DNA of 63,401 nucleotides, filler included, from Octopus bimaculoides (Eukaryota): assembly GCF_001194135.2 (NCBI RefSeq). It is 7 parts of 7 records of this genome, joined end to end, with 100 filler letters (N's around TTAATTAATTAA, not from the genome) between each part and the next. Parts side by side here need not be neighbours in the genome. Positions count along the whole stretch, not along the records: positions 1 to 22,034 come from NC_068986.1; positions 22,135 to 27,367 come from NC_069005.1; 5 more parts are not named here. The stretch is one strand, 5' to 3'. How positions within the stretch are numbered: position 1 is the stretch's first letter; each line of letters opens with the position of its first letter. Shown in pieces: positions 12,078-24,633 of this stretch. Made by a program: the position numbers and the translations under genes. The notes under the pieces were generated by a model that was not told where the DNA came from, made no database searches, and saw nothing but the letters and a program-made list of their open reading frames with translations.

Positions 12078-14639
12078 TGCAAGCTTAGCTGGGTGGAGGT
12101 GCTTGTCTCCCCCTTGTAAACATAAGGACATAGGAAATGTGTCAAGGCCGACAGGAAGCGATGCTGCATCCTAGGGCTAAATAGCAGTAGTATTATTCCC
12201 TTCATGGGGCTGTCACATTAAGTTGACAGTATACAACTACTTTATCGTATCACTACTGCATGAATCTCTCTGAGAAATTTAGAAATGTATTATTTCTAAT
12301 ATTTCATCATCTACTCAGTAATTGTTATTCGACCTCCTTACACGGTAGTCCACATCTTTTTGGTAAGCACATCTACAATGACAATATTAGGATTCTTAAT
12401 TATTCCCTAACGTATTTTCATTCGAATATTTTTGCACTGTTTTGTTTAGAAATTATTTTCACGCATGGAAATGGACGATTTGGATTTGTTTTCTAGAAAG
12501 CTATTATACTCGTAACTCGAGCGATGTTTGTATGTTAGTGATTGGGTGTATGTATGAACGAGTGTTCGTGTGTGCGTGTGCGTGGGGTGGGGGGGGGCAC
12601 ACACAATCAAACACAAAAAAGCACACTTCAAACCTTGCTCACATTAAATTCATAGTAGTGTCTAAATTTAATTTGAACATAATCTATACTAAAGACATCT
12701 ATACTACCCGATTTTTTTCCTTTTCAGAAGCAGAGAATATCACATATTTTGAAACCTACAAAATTCTTAAGAACATTTTTAAATGTATGTGGTGTGTATA
12801 CTCGGGGAATAATCTAAAAACCTCACAAGTATGAGAAAAAAGAGAAGGTTATAAAACGAAAGAGATATGGATTGACTTTTATGTAAGTATGTCTGTATGT
12901 ATGGATGCATGCATACATAGACCTTGTTTGTATTTTGTTACCCAGAATGACATTTAAGTTTCAGCTGGTTATGTGAAAAGGTTAATGAATTTGTTGGATA
13001 TTTTTGGAATATTACATTATGATCCTATTGAAATAATTAAGCTTACATAAATATGCTAAACTTTATTAAAGATAATCAACGCAAAATAACCCAACCAATC
13101 AAATAATAAAAAAAAAGAAGTGAATAATTACTGTTCTCTCCCGCCTTATCGGTTCATATTTAACATTCCACGATAACGAGACAGCACGTATATAGACACT
13201 GAAATTGAGGGAGATTTAGCCGCTAAAAATAACAACTAAACTTCCCTCATCTCATGCCGTATAGACTTAAAAAAGAAACTCCTGAAATAATCTGATCGTA
13301 GGTTCTCTAGGAAACAGACGTGAAGGTCACGACTGGAATGCATTTGATTATAGATTAGCTTGAAACTGAACAACAACGTATGACAAGAGTTAACAAAGGA
13401 TCACCTATGCGGTCATTCTGCTAGAAATTACAAACCTCCCTCGCATCACACTCTATGAAATAAATGATACACTGATTGTTGTAGATTGGCAGTATAAAAC
13501 AGGACGTTCATAGTTATAACGTCATTGCTTATAAGTCTGCTCGTTCAGAGCCGATCACGGACAAAACAACAACAAGTATTCATCCATAGAGTCTGTCAGC
13601 CAACCTAACGCTCAATGGTGATGGGGAAATATATGAGAAACAGCACGTACATGACGAGAGAAAATTTCTGTTTTCAGGACTACAATACCGGAAGTCTCAA
13701 TATTATTGAATTTCCTTTTGACACGACCACCATGAAAAAGAAAACCGAAAGAAAGAAACAAAAAAAAAGAACTCGACTATGATTCACTTCATTTCATAAT
13801 TTGTTTTCTCTACTTGGTGCAATAAGATTGATACTGCTTTGACAGCAATATGAATCTTATTGCAGATTTTTTCAAATACCTGACGCATATAAGTCTTTCC
13901 AAATCTATAATAAGAATGCTATATTGCAACAACTCTATCTCTCTTTCTCTCTCTATTTCTTACAGACACACACATAATATGTGTGTGTTTGTGTGCGCGT
14001 GTATTTGTGTGTGTACGTGTATGCACGCACGAATATAAGCACATATACGCACATACACACAAAGACCAAATATATATGCTGTATAGTATTTGACATCTTT
14101 GTATTTGTTTATGTGGCTCTGGCCACTTTGAGTCATTTTCCTTTGCTAATTTCTGTTTCATTAATGCACATTACTAAGTCAAAAAAAAAAGTATTCCTTG
14201 CTTTTTGTATATATGCGTATGTCACTTGGTTACTGGAAATAAGTTGGGGTAATTGCCTTATTGATGGTAGAAAAACGTAAAAACTGCTCTCTTATGTTCG
14301 AACATTAAGCATATAAACTTTGGAAAGTCCTTCATTCTGGAGATTATCCACACTTGTCATATGGAGCAGTTTTCATTTGTTGATTGTAAAACAATCTATT
14401 GAAACAGGAATCCAGAATTTATGTTGTATGGTCTCATAGAAAACGTACTATCGGTTCTAGTTCTTGTTGTCTCAAATTACTTCAGTTTGCAAATGACTGG
14501 CTTGCATCATGAGTTTTAGTATATCAATGTTTAAATTCCAAAATGTGTCTAAAACTGCTAACTACGAAATAATTTATATCAGAAAGTATGAATTACGTAG
14601 AGTTTATAGAGGACTAGTTGAACGTGAAGAAAATGGTCA

Positions 14640-14677
<38 letters not shown>

Positions 14678-14679
14678 AT

Positions 14680-14880
14680 ATCATCGCCATGATTGACTGC
14701 TAGCTACTAAAGATTTCTATTTTTATTCTCTTTGTTTATTTTCTCGTGTTCCTTTCTGTTGAAAAGCGTAGGCTCGAAAAGTAAAAGACTTTCTCACCTT
14801 CCCACGCCTTAAACTAATACACCTGTTTGTTGTTTACACACCGGTCTTCCTCTTTTGCTTTTTGTAAATTCCAACTATAA
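14680..14880 (+). mobile_element. Short (TA)n-associated repeat, family C, with hammerhead-like core; probably Penelope-derived
   Basis: ctttctgttgaaaagcgtaggctcgaaaagtaaaagac...aaactaatacacctg is shared with 15660-15808 and 63196-63345. Confidence 0.6.
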
Positions 14881-14944
14881 TAGATATATATGGATACAGA
14901 TATATGTTTATATATACGCTTATATTCTTTTAAGGATACGAACC

Positions 14945-15190
14945 CCAAATTGTAATAGCTTGGGATTCAAGGGACCACAACCTCTTAATGCCCTACCACA
15001 GAACATCAGGGATCTGCAAGATGTATACGTGGTTGTCTTCAAGAAAACATCAAGATAGTTTTTTTGTCTGCAATACTGGATGAACCCACATCACAATGAG
15101 AGGCACAAGGAAGAGTGGCAACGGCCAGCTTGCTACTTTACCACAAGCAATACTGGACAATCCTCAAACGCAGTAAAGGCGATGCACCAG
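14945..15190 (+). mobile_element. CR1/L2-group LINE 3' fragment
   Basis: CNSLGFKGPQPLNALPQNIRDLQDVYVVVFKK matches the C-terminal block (YCNSLGFK) also present at about 33750-33800 on the minus strand. Confidence 0.7.
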
Positions 15191-15278
15191 CAAGGGCTCA
15201 GCCCCTGGCTGACATAAATGAAAGAAAAGATAAAAGATATATATATATGTGTGTGTGTATGTGTGTGTGTAGATACAT

Positions 15279-15311
<33 letters not shown>

Positions 15312-15528
15312 NNNNNNNNNNTATATATATATATATATATATATATATGGATATGCCTTTATATAGAGAGATACATACATACATATACATACGCATATAT
15401 ATAAATATAGATATGCACATATATATACATGTATAAATGTAGCTATGCATATAAAATATATATATATATATGTATATATGCACATATATCTACATATATA
15501 TGCATATATATGTATATGCATATTTATA

Positions 15529-15574
<46 letters not shown>

Positions 15575-15659
15575 CACATGTGTTCATCTCTTGTCAAACC
15601 TTATTTTTCTAACGAAGTCGTCATGCTTCACCTCTAAATTCACAAGTCATTATTATTCT

Positions 15660-15808
15660 CGGTCTGTTTATTTTCTCCTATTCCTTTCTACTGAAGAGCG
15701 TAGCCTCGAAACGTAAAAGACATTTTTTACTTTCCTCAACGTCAAACTGATACACCTGTTTTTTTCTTCATACACCTTCCTTAGTCTTTTTTTTTTTTCT
15801 TGTAAATT
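15660..15808 (+). mobile_element. Family C repeat, copy 2 (hammerhead-like core at 15684-15719)
   Basis: ctttctaCTGAAGAgcgtagcctcGAAACGTAaaag; homologous to 14680-14880. Confidence 0.6.
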
Positions 15809-16000
15809 NNNNNNNNNNNNNNNNNNNNNNNNNNNNNNNNNNNNNNNNNNNNNNNNNNNNNNNNNNNNNNNNNNNNNNNNNNNNNNNNNNNNNNNNNNNN
15901 NNNNNNNNNNNNNNNNNNNNNNNNNNNNNNNNNNNNNNNNNNNNNNNNNNNNNNNNNNNNNNNNNNNNNNTATATATATATATATATGTGTATATATATA

Positions 16001-16177
16001 AGGTGCGATCGTGAAGTAAGAAGCTTGCTTCCCAACTACATGGCTTTGAGTTCAGTCTCATTGTGTGACACCTTGGGCAAGTGTCTTCTACTATAGCCTC
16101 GAGCCGACCAAATCTTTGTAAGTGGATTTGGTTGACGGAAGCTGGAAGAAGCCCGTCGTGCGTGTGTGTGTGTATGT

Positions 16178-16227
<50 letters not shown>

Positions 16228-16455
16228 GTGTGCCTGTGCATATATTTGTGTGTGTGTAACTGTTTGTGCCCCCACCATCACTTCACCACCGGTGTCTGTG
16301 TGTTTATCTCTCCGAAACTAGCGGTTCGGCAAAAGTGATCGACAGGTTAAGTACTGAGCTTACAAAGAATAAGTCATGGGGTCGATGTCTTCGACTAACA
16401 TCCTTCAAGGCGTTGTTTCAGCATCGCTGGAGCCAAATGACTGAAATAAGTAAAA
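16001..16455 (+). mobile_element. CORE-SINE-like element, family B, near full length with internal (GT)n
   Basis: tRNA-like head, then tgtgacaccttgggcaagtgtctt (CORE-like), gacggaagctggaagaagcccgtcg, (GT)n and the tail ...ttagcggttcggcaaaag...gactgaaataagtaaaag. Confidence 0.85.
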
Positions 16456-16865
16456 GTACGTGCATGTGCGCGTGGGTGAGGTCACCTCTGGTATTTCTCC
16501 TGAGTGCTTGTGGTAAACACAATCCAGTACAACTTGTATAGTCGACTGTGTTGGTTCAACTAGTGTAGGTTCAACGACTTTCTAGCAATAGCGCGGGCCC
16601 TCATAAATTATAGGTTGGTTACTGGCGTGCTAGAAAACCACTAAGAGTGTGGGACCATTTAGCTTTTCTTCATCATGGGAGGTCAGAAACTCGGGTGCGT
16701 GTGTAACACGTCAGGCTGGAGATGGGAACGATGACTTCCCTTTGTAAATACTGATAGGGCACAGATAGTGTGTCAACAGCCAGCTGGAGGAGATGTCTTT
16801 CTGAGGCTACAAGCTACAGTAGCATCAACCCTTAAGAGTTAACCACATTTAGGTGGCAAATATAC

Positions 16866-16897
<32 letters not shown>

Positions 16898-17747
16898 CTA
16901 GTGTGTTTAATTGCTAAATAAAATTTGGAAAACACACACGTGTGTACAGGTATAATAATTCGGGCATTATGTGATTATTCTTTCCCATGAATCTTTGTAA
17001 TCAGTTACATAGAAGTAGGTTAATTGCTTTAATAGCTCTCAAGAGGAATACAAGAGAGATGTGAAGAAGCTGAAGACTTTCCCAAGATCTTTGAAACCTT
17101 TGTGAAATGAATGTGCTGAGATATAGCTGGGAATGAAAACTGAGAATCACATGCGTCTTAAGTTTTAAATGCATAGATACCGACATATTTACACAAACAT
17201 GTATGTACATATCCGTTCGTGGATATATGGGCTAAATATATGCATATATATGTGCGTGCATTATGTATGTGTGTGTGTTGCATGTGCGTATTCGAATCAT
17301 ATGATTTATGACAAAACAAATACAAGAACCTCTTCGAGAAAACCTTGGAAGGAAGCCATATATATAATAAAAAAATATCAGTGAAAATCTATTGGCATTT
17401 TTGCCTGCATTCATTTAACATTTAGGGTTAAAAGACAAACGAAATTATATATATATACATGCGTATATAGATACATACAGTTGTGTGTGTGTGTGTCTGT
17501 GCGAGTGTGTGTGCCTGTGTGGTTTGCTGTATGTGCACAGCTATATGTGCAAATCTTATTAATCACAGATCATGTCACATAATTCAGATTCATATAGAAT
17601 TCTGTACTGGTTATATTACACCAATAAGAGACATATTTATGGGCACATATGTACATTTTATGTGTTGTAATCATTTGGCTTCTTATATATACATACATAC
17701 GTACATATTCGTTCATTTATACATATATGTATATGTTTATATATATC

Positions 17748-17831
<84 letters not shown>

Positions 17832-20277
17832 CAATCATGCCATATGCATACATTGACTGGCGTCGTCAACGAGAATCTCAGTTGTTTGATCACCTGTTCT
17901 GCCTACTACGTTGATTGTGAGTACAAGTGGCCATGTATTCCACGAGCATTTGTATTCTAAAGGTCCTCCTTCGGCAAACTGCGAACTTAACAGAGTCTAG
18001 CCCGTTCAGTTACAGCGACAATCCTTTGGACGTGCTTCCACATAAGACAAAAGTAGATAAAATGCAGAGTTTTGAATCCTGATAGAGTGAAGCCCTTGAT
18101 CATTTGACTGAGTTTATATGCTTAAGAGTGAGCTTCATAGTAGGCAGTAAGTATAGTATACCGTAAATACTTGGTGAATCAAACGTATGACATGTATTTG
18201 ATTGGTAATCTGACTTAAGGTCACTGTCACAGTCCACAAGAAGCTTTTGAGAAAGGCATGAACGTCACAACACAGAAATGATTACTTCTAATCTGTTTAT
18301 AGATACTGCTAATCTATAAACAGAGGAACTAATTATCTTTATATATCGGTATATTAGTGTTACTATGATATTTCACTGTTACAACTAGGCGCATACAGTC
18401 ATCCATGAAAGCATAGGCTATTGTATACATAAACGCGTAAGAAGACATTATCATTCTTGTAGTTTCAAGCACCAAAGCACAGTCAGACACACATACACAC
18501 TCAGACATACATGTATTTTATACTTAGACAATATCAATCACCACCTACACCGCAGAGCTGTAAAAATACACGTACGCGCGAGGACGAGAGAGTGAGAAAG
18601 AAAGAGTCACTTCCATACATAGAATTTGAAATCACCTGAAACACATCAACGCATAGATACAGAGATGCATATACATATGAACATAATCCATATACAAACG
18701 CAGTTATAGACACTGCAAACATATCAACCTATAAATTCAAGAACAGCAACAAAGAAAAAAGTAGACCGAACACACACACACACACATCACATAAGTGCAC
18801 TTGCTTACTAAAACAGTTGCAAAGCACAAGATTTACAAATACATATACAGTCACATAAACTTAAATATACACATATATACGCAAATACAAATTTACAAAA
18901 CACAGAGTGGGTGGGTGGGTATAAGGATATGCCTAACTTAGTTACTACTGACTGACGAGAGCAAAAGGTTTTGCCAATGGATTACTGCTCGCAATAAAAC
19001 ATGTATGAAAGGATAGTGAGAACAGTAACAATACTTACTGTCTACAAAAGCGCAACTTTACATTTTTGCTCTGTGTGAGTGTATGTGTGTGTGTGTTCGT
19101 GTGTGTTTGTTCTGTGTAAGTATGTATATATATAGGTAGATATATGCATGTATATATATAGCATGTATGTGTACTTATACTTGTGTTTTTGTTTTTTTTT
19201 CTTACACGATTTTTCCCCTTCTTCGGATTTCTATTCCCTCTACAACATTCTGTAGTTATAAAGTGCTATATATCCCCTAGATATTTATTAGACATGTCAA
19301 GCTATAAACATGAATACATGTACTTCCATTCCATTTCCATATGAAATTCTTCCTTGTTTCTATAATTCCTTGTCTCCCCTTCTCCCCGTCTCTCATGTAA
19401 GTCTTTCTATTTCTTGTTTAGATAATTTTTTTTCTATTCTTTTTATGTATTTACATAGAAATATATTTTCTTCCTCTCCCGCTCACCCATTTTAATATAC
19501 ATAATTTTTGTTTTTATTTTTGCTCCTATATTCCCGTGTACTGACGTAAACACACCTTTCTTTCCGTATACACAAACACACGTACATATATACAAACACA
19601 CGTGTATNNNNNNNNNNAATTATTGCCCTTACTACCATTCTGCTGTTGCTATTACTACAAGCACATACAACAAATATATATCGTAAATTATGTATGCATT
19701 TTCATACAAACACACAAACACACAGAAATAACTATACCGGCTTTGTTTCTTTGAGTGCACTTGGAAAGACGAAATATGAAACGATACGCGAACAACACTT
19801 GAATTTCTATGTCAATATGAACATAAATTAATATTCATTTCTTTGTTATATCAATGAACATTTACTAGTATTATTGTCTTTCCAGTAAATATTTTATTCC
19901 TATTTGTATCCAAAAGGTTTGTTTATGAAATAAAAATTTACTATTATCTATCAATGAAAAATATTTTATATAAACAAAATTTACTTTTTGTAAGCGGAAT
20001 CGCTTTAAATATACACGTGGTTATGTAGTTTCGTATACACGTGTGTGCATGGGTATGTTTGCGTATACAGATGTAAACGGTGCAGATATTTCATAGCATA
20101 AACTACAAAGGGAGGTAATTCCGTGAATGGACGTTTCCCAGTAGGTAGACTACCCTTCAAGAAACGGTACATGAAATTCTGGGATTAGTTGACGAAAACC
20201 CCTGAAACGTGCGATTTAACATGGCTACAGTCTTGTGGCTGAAACCAGTAAGCAAGAAATTTATATCACACACACAT

Positions 20278-20332
<55 letters not shown>

Positions 20333-20611
20333 TATGGAGATTAAGTATGCTTTTCTGTATCTTAACTTCTAAATCACGTCATTCTTTTGCAAACACATAC
20401 ATATTCACACACAAACGTGTGCGCGCGTGTGTGTGTGTGTAAACATTGCACAAGTGTAACCCACCCGGCTGTGAAACGGTCACGTGTCATTGGATTCACT
20501 TTACTTGCTTAAGGGTCACTACTTGTTATAAAAATAATATCCCCTCCCCTATCATCGACAATCTCCTCCTCCGCCATTGCTAATATTCTTTTAATTTTCT
20601 TATCACCCTTC

Positions 20612-20669
<58 letters not shown>

Positions 20670-21859
20670 CTTTCATTATATTTCGACCACTCCTCCCGCT
20701 CCTGTCACTCTGATTTCGTGTTACAAGGTTCACACAGCAAAGCAGAAGGAAACATCGACAATTAGGTGCAGATGTGCAAACCATTGCGTGAAAGTGTGCA
20801 ACCAGGCGAGCATTTATGATTTATAGCGGAAAGTGATACTAAAGTATTTGTTTTTTTGCTACTTTCCTTTCTTTTTGTCTTTCTTTTTCATTATTTTTGT
20901 TTTACATTTTATTATTTTCAACTGGCACTTAGTGAAATAGCATAGTAGTAGTAGTGAATAATAAAGTAAAATTTCTTGGATCACAACACTAAGTATGCTA
21001 TAACACTGATCTATATACGTAGAAATAACAGTGTCACTGAAGTACTAAGTAAAGTCAATCAAAGCCCTCCTTAAAGTCAATTTGACAGATAAGTTTTTAA
21101 AACCATATGACCTCAAAGAGAGCAGATGTTCTATCATAGTAAATATAAAATGCTCATAGGATGGAGTCTCACATATATAATATAGGAAGGTGGGAAAACA
21201 GCAAAAACACTTTAACTGAGACAAACAGACAAACAGACGTATCGTATGCACATAAGCACATGTATGCATTCGCACATACACTTTAATTGGAGGAGCTTAT
21301 TATCTGAAACAAGCTGAAAAGAATAGTGTAGATCATGCATGTCAGTGGGCTAAGATAAAGAGAAAACACACACACACACACACACACAGAAACACACACA
21401 CACACACAGAAACACACACACACATATATATATATACAGAGTGAGAAAGAGAGAGAGAAAGAGTGGGCTGAGACTGTATAGAAGTTCACCACAAGGGGAG
21501 TAGTCTGGAAGTATATTTTATCGTCCCTTGAATGATGAACGACGCAGTTGAGCGGGCTGGTATTTGAACTCAGTACGTAAAGGGCTGAAACAATGCTCTA
21601 ACCACTCTGCCAGCACAACTCCTTTAAATATTCCTCTTCATGTACGTGTACAGCACCGGTAATTTTGAAGGGAAAAAGCTAGACCTTCATAAAAGTTGTC
21701 CCAGATCAAAGACTGATACTTATTTTATCGAATGCAAAAGAATGAAAGACAAAGTTGACAACAGCGTAATTTCCACACAACATTTTTCAGACAGTTTAAT
21801 AATTTTGTTAGTCAACTGCCTAAATTATATTAATAATAATAATAATGATAATGATAATA

Positions 21860-21990
21860 AGGATTTCAAATTTTAGCACAAAGTGAGCAAGTTCGAGGGA
21901 TGGGATAAGTCGATTAAATCGAACCCCAGTACTCAACTGGTACCTATTTTATCGACTCCGAGAGGATGAAAGTCGACGTCGGCGAAATTT
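21860..21990 (-). mobile_element. SINE family A fragment
   Basis: gtcgattaaatcgaaccccagtactcaactggtacctattttatcgactccgagaggatgaaag. Confidence 0.8.
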
Positions 21991-21991
21991 T

Positions 21992-22027
<36 letters not shown>

Positions 22028-22078
22028 TATATATNNNNNNNNNNNNNNNNNNNNNNNNNNNNNNNNNNNNNNNNNNNN

Positions 22079-22090
22079 TTAATTAATTAA
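22079..22090. other. Assembly placeholder: TTAATTAATTAA six-frame stop linker inside a 44N+12+44N gap (also 27412, 33070, 52965, 60147, 62309)
   Basis: The same palindromic 12-mer, with TAA in all six frames, is embedded in N runs six times, so it is not biological sequence. Confidence 0.95.
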
Positions 22091-22136
22091 NNNNNNNNNN
22101 NNNNNNNNNNNNNNNNNNNNNNNNNNNNNNNNNNTA

Positions 22137-22318
22137 CTGTTGTGTCTGGGGAGAGTCATTTTCTTATTGTGCCTTAAAATTTAACACACTCACCGGTAAA
22201 ATTTCCACTTATTTCTTATTTTTATTTTCCTAAAATTTTCGTTGCATCTTGCAACCTTTTCAATAGCCTAGACTCTTATAAGGCACAATAAGAAAATGAC
22301 TCTCCCCAGATACAACAG
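22137..22318. repeat. Inverted-repeat element with 40-bp arms (22137-22176 and 22279-22318)
   Basis: ctgttgtgtctggggagagtcattttcttattgtgcctta versus taaggcacaataagaaaatgactctccccagatacaacag, one mismatch. The left side is truncated by a gap. Confidence 0.85.
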
Positions 22319-22889
22319 AATATGCTTCAACATATGAAATTCACATAAAAAATCTTGCAAACCAAATCCCAAAACGAAATATATATATATATATATATAA
22401 GGAAACAACCAACAAAATAAAAAGTTGAATCATTGTGCACTGATGTATAAAGGTATAGATAAGGATGTAAATGACAGGAAAGTTAGAAATAAAACCAACT
22501 CAAAGACCAAAATGGAACCTGCCCTCACCTCACGCCAATAACAGAGAGGGAGAGAGGAAAGAGAGGGAGTGAGACTTCTTGGTAGTCAGTAAAATACAGC
22601 AAGACTGAACAAAGAGGAAGTAATCCAATATGAAAGACAGACAATTGCTGAAAAAGCTTTGAAATAAAAGACCAGGAATGGAAGGTCTGATTTTAGCCGC
22701 CATAAGATCAATGCCACGACTAGATCAAAAACGACCAAAATAAAATGAGCGGTTAGCATCAAACTGTAGACTGTGCAGTCAGAATAAATATATATAATTG
22801 GCCAAACCATTCTTAACCGCAAAGAAAGAATGTAGACACTGGCACGATTGGGCGGGGAGTGTGTTTATGGCCACTGAGTAAATGGTTCT

Positions 22890-24079
22890 CTATGAATTTT
22901 GGTACAAGGCCAGTGATTATGAAGGGATGAGGAATCAATTACATCAACCTCCACCCCCAATGTTAAACTGGTACTTTATTTTTATTGACCCCCCCCCCNN
23001 NNNNNNNNNNNNNNNNNNNNNNNNNNNNNNNNNNNNNNNNNNNNNNNNNNNNNNNNNNNNNNNNNNNNNNNNNNNNNNNNNNNNNNCTGAAAGAATGAAA
23101 GGCAAAGGTGGGATTTGAACTCAGACTGTAAAGCCAGAAGAAATGACCCTAAGGATTTTGTCTAACATGCTAATGTTTCTGCCAGTTTATCACCTTAACA
23201 ACAACAATAATAATAATAGTTTCAAATTTTTGGCACAAAGCCAGCAATTTGGGGGAGGGAGTAAGCTGATTATGCTGACCCCAGTGCTCAACTGGTACTT
23301 ATTTTATCAACCTCGGAAAGATGAAAGGTGAAGTTCAACCTCAGCGGAATTTGAATAAGAATTATAATAATGGATTCAAATTTTGGCACAAGACCAGCAA
23401 TTTCGGGGGAGGGGATGAGTCGATTACATCGACCCCAGTGTTCCACTGGCACTTATTTTCTCAACATAGGAAGGATGAAAGGCAAAGTTAACCTTGGTGG
23501 AATTTGAACTCAGAACATAGCAACAAGCGAAATACTGCAAAGCATTTTGTCCAGGAAAAATACTGCAAAGCATTTCATGCTAACGATTTTGCCAGCTCGC
23601 CACTTTAAATAATAATAATTCTTTTTACTATAGGCACAAGGCCTGAAATTTTAGAGGCAGAGGCTAGTTGATTACATCGACACCAGTGCATAACTGGTAC
23701 TTGTTTCATTGACCCCAGAAAGGATGAAAGGCAAAGTCAACCTCGGCGGAATTTGAACTCAGAACGTAAAGACAGACGAAATGCCGCTAAGCATTTCGCC
23801 TGGTGTACTAACGTTTCTGCTTTTTATAATAATAATAATAATTATAATTATAATAATCATCATCATCATCGTTTAACGTCCGCTTTCCATGCTAGCATGG
23901 GTTGGACGATTTGACTGAGGACTGGTGAAACCAGATGGCAACACCAGGCTCCAATCTAATTTGGCAGAGTTTCTACAGCTGGATGCCCTTCCTAACGCCA
24001 ACCACTCAGAATAATAATAATAATAGACAGACGAAATACTGCTAAGCATTTCGCCCAGTGTACTAACATTTCTGCTTTT

Positions 24080-24112
<33 letters not shown>

Positions 24113-24185
24113 CCTTTCTACTATAGACACAAGGACTGAAATTTTGAGAGAGAGGTTAAGTTGATTTCATTGAACCCAGTCCAAC
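22890..24185 (-). mobile_element. Stack of at least five family A SINE copies separated by (TAA)n
   Basis: Repeated units cacaaggcc..gtcgattacatcgaccccagtg..actggtactt..gaaaggatgaaaggcaaagtc..cggaatttgaactcagaac, all on the same strand. Confidence 0.9.
23858..24008 (-). mobile_element. SINE-like element with (GAT)n tail, family D
   Basis: catcatcatcgtttaacgtccgctttccatgctagcatgggttggacg...gctggatgcccttcctaacgccaacc. The same tail occurs at 25770-25830 (+) and in a related copy at about 60495-60660 (-). Confidence 0.75.
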
Positions 24186-24266
24186 ATACAAGCAATTTTG
24201 CAAGCTTGCTGCCCTCAAGTCATGAGCAATATGTAAGTACAGTCTTTTGTTTTGTTAATACCTTTT

Positions 24267-24633
24267 TACCTCCGCCAGAGCGAAGGCAGAGGTATTGTTT
24301 TCATTTGTGTTTGTTTGTTTGTCTGTGGACAAGACATCTCAAGAACCACTGGATGGATTTGGATGAAACTTTCAGGGATGTTTGGCCTCATGACTGGCAC
24401 AAACTGACCAGATTTTGGGAACAATCCAGTACCAGACAAGGATTCTGGATTATTTTTCTTGTTTTTTCACTTAATTTTTGAAAGTGGTTGTGTTCATTTT
24501 TAGTATTCTCTTTTGTGAGAGCAGTCAAGTTTATTTCAGATATTCTCATTTTAAAAACCACCTCTGGCTAATCGTTGAGAGGACATTGGTGTTGCCTTAG
24601 CAGATGTTTGCACTCTCTGAGTGCTCTTGTTTT
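24267..24633 (+). mobile_element. Non-autonomous Helentron-type element (HINE/DINE-1-like)
   Basis: Starts tacctccgcc (subterminal IR), has an internal gtttgtttgtttgtctgt microsatellite and ggatggatttggatgaaacttt, and ends with the hairpin gcactc-tct-gagtgc followed by a T-run. Confidence 0.7.

Noticed and set aside
22079-22090. Recurrent palindrome TTAATTAATTAA (six copies)
   Set aside because: Always centred in 44N+12+44N blocks, so it is an artificial six-frame stop linker and not a biological motif.
22890-24185. Regularly repeated units resembling a CRISPR array
   Set aside because: The units are 150-200-bp diverged SINE copies with microsatellite spacers, and there are no cas genes.
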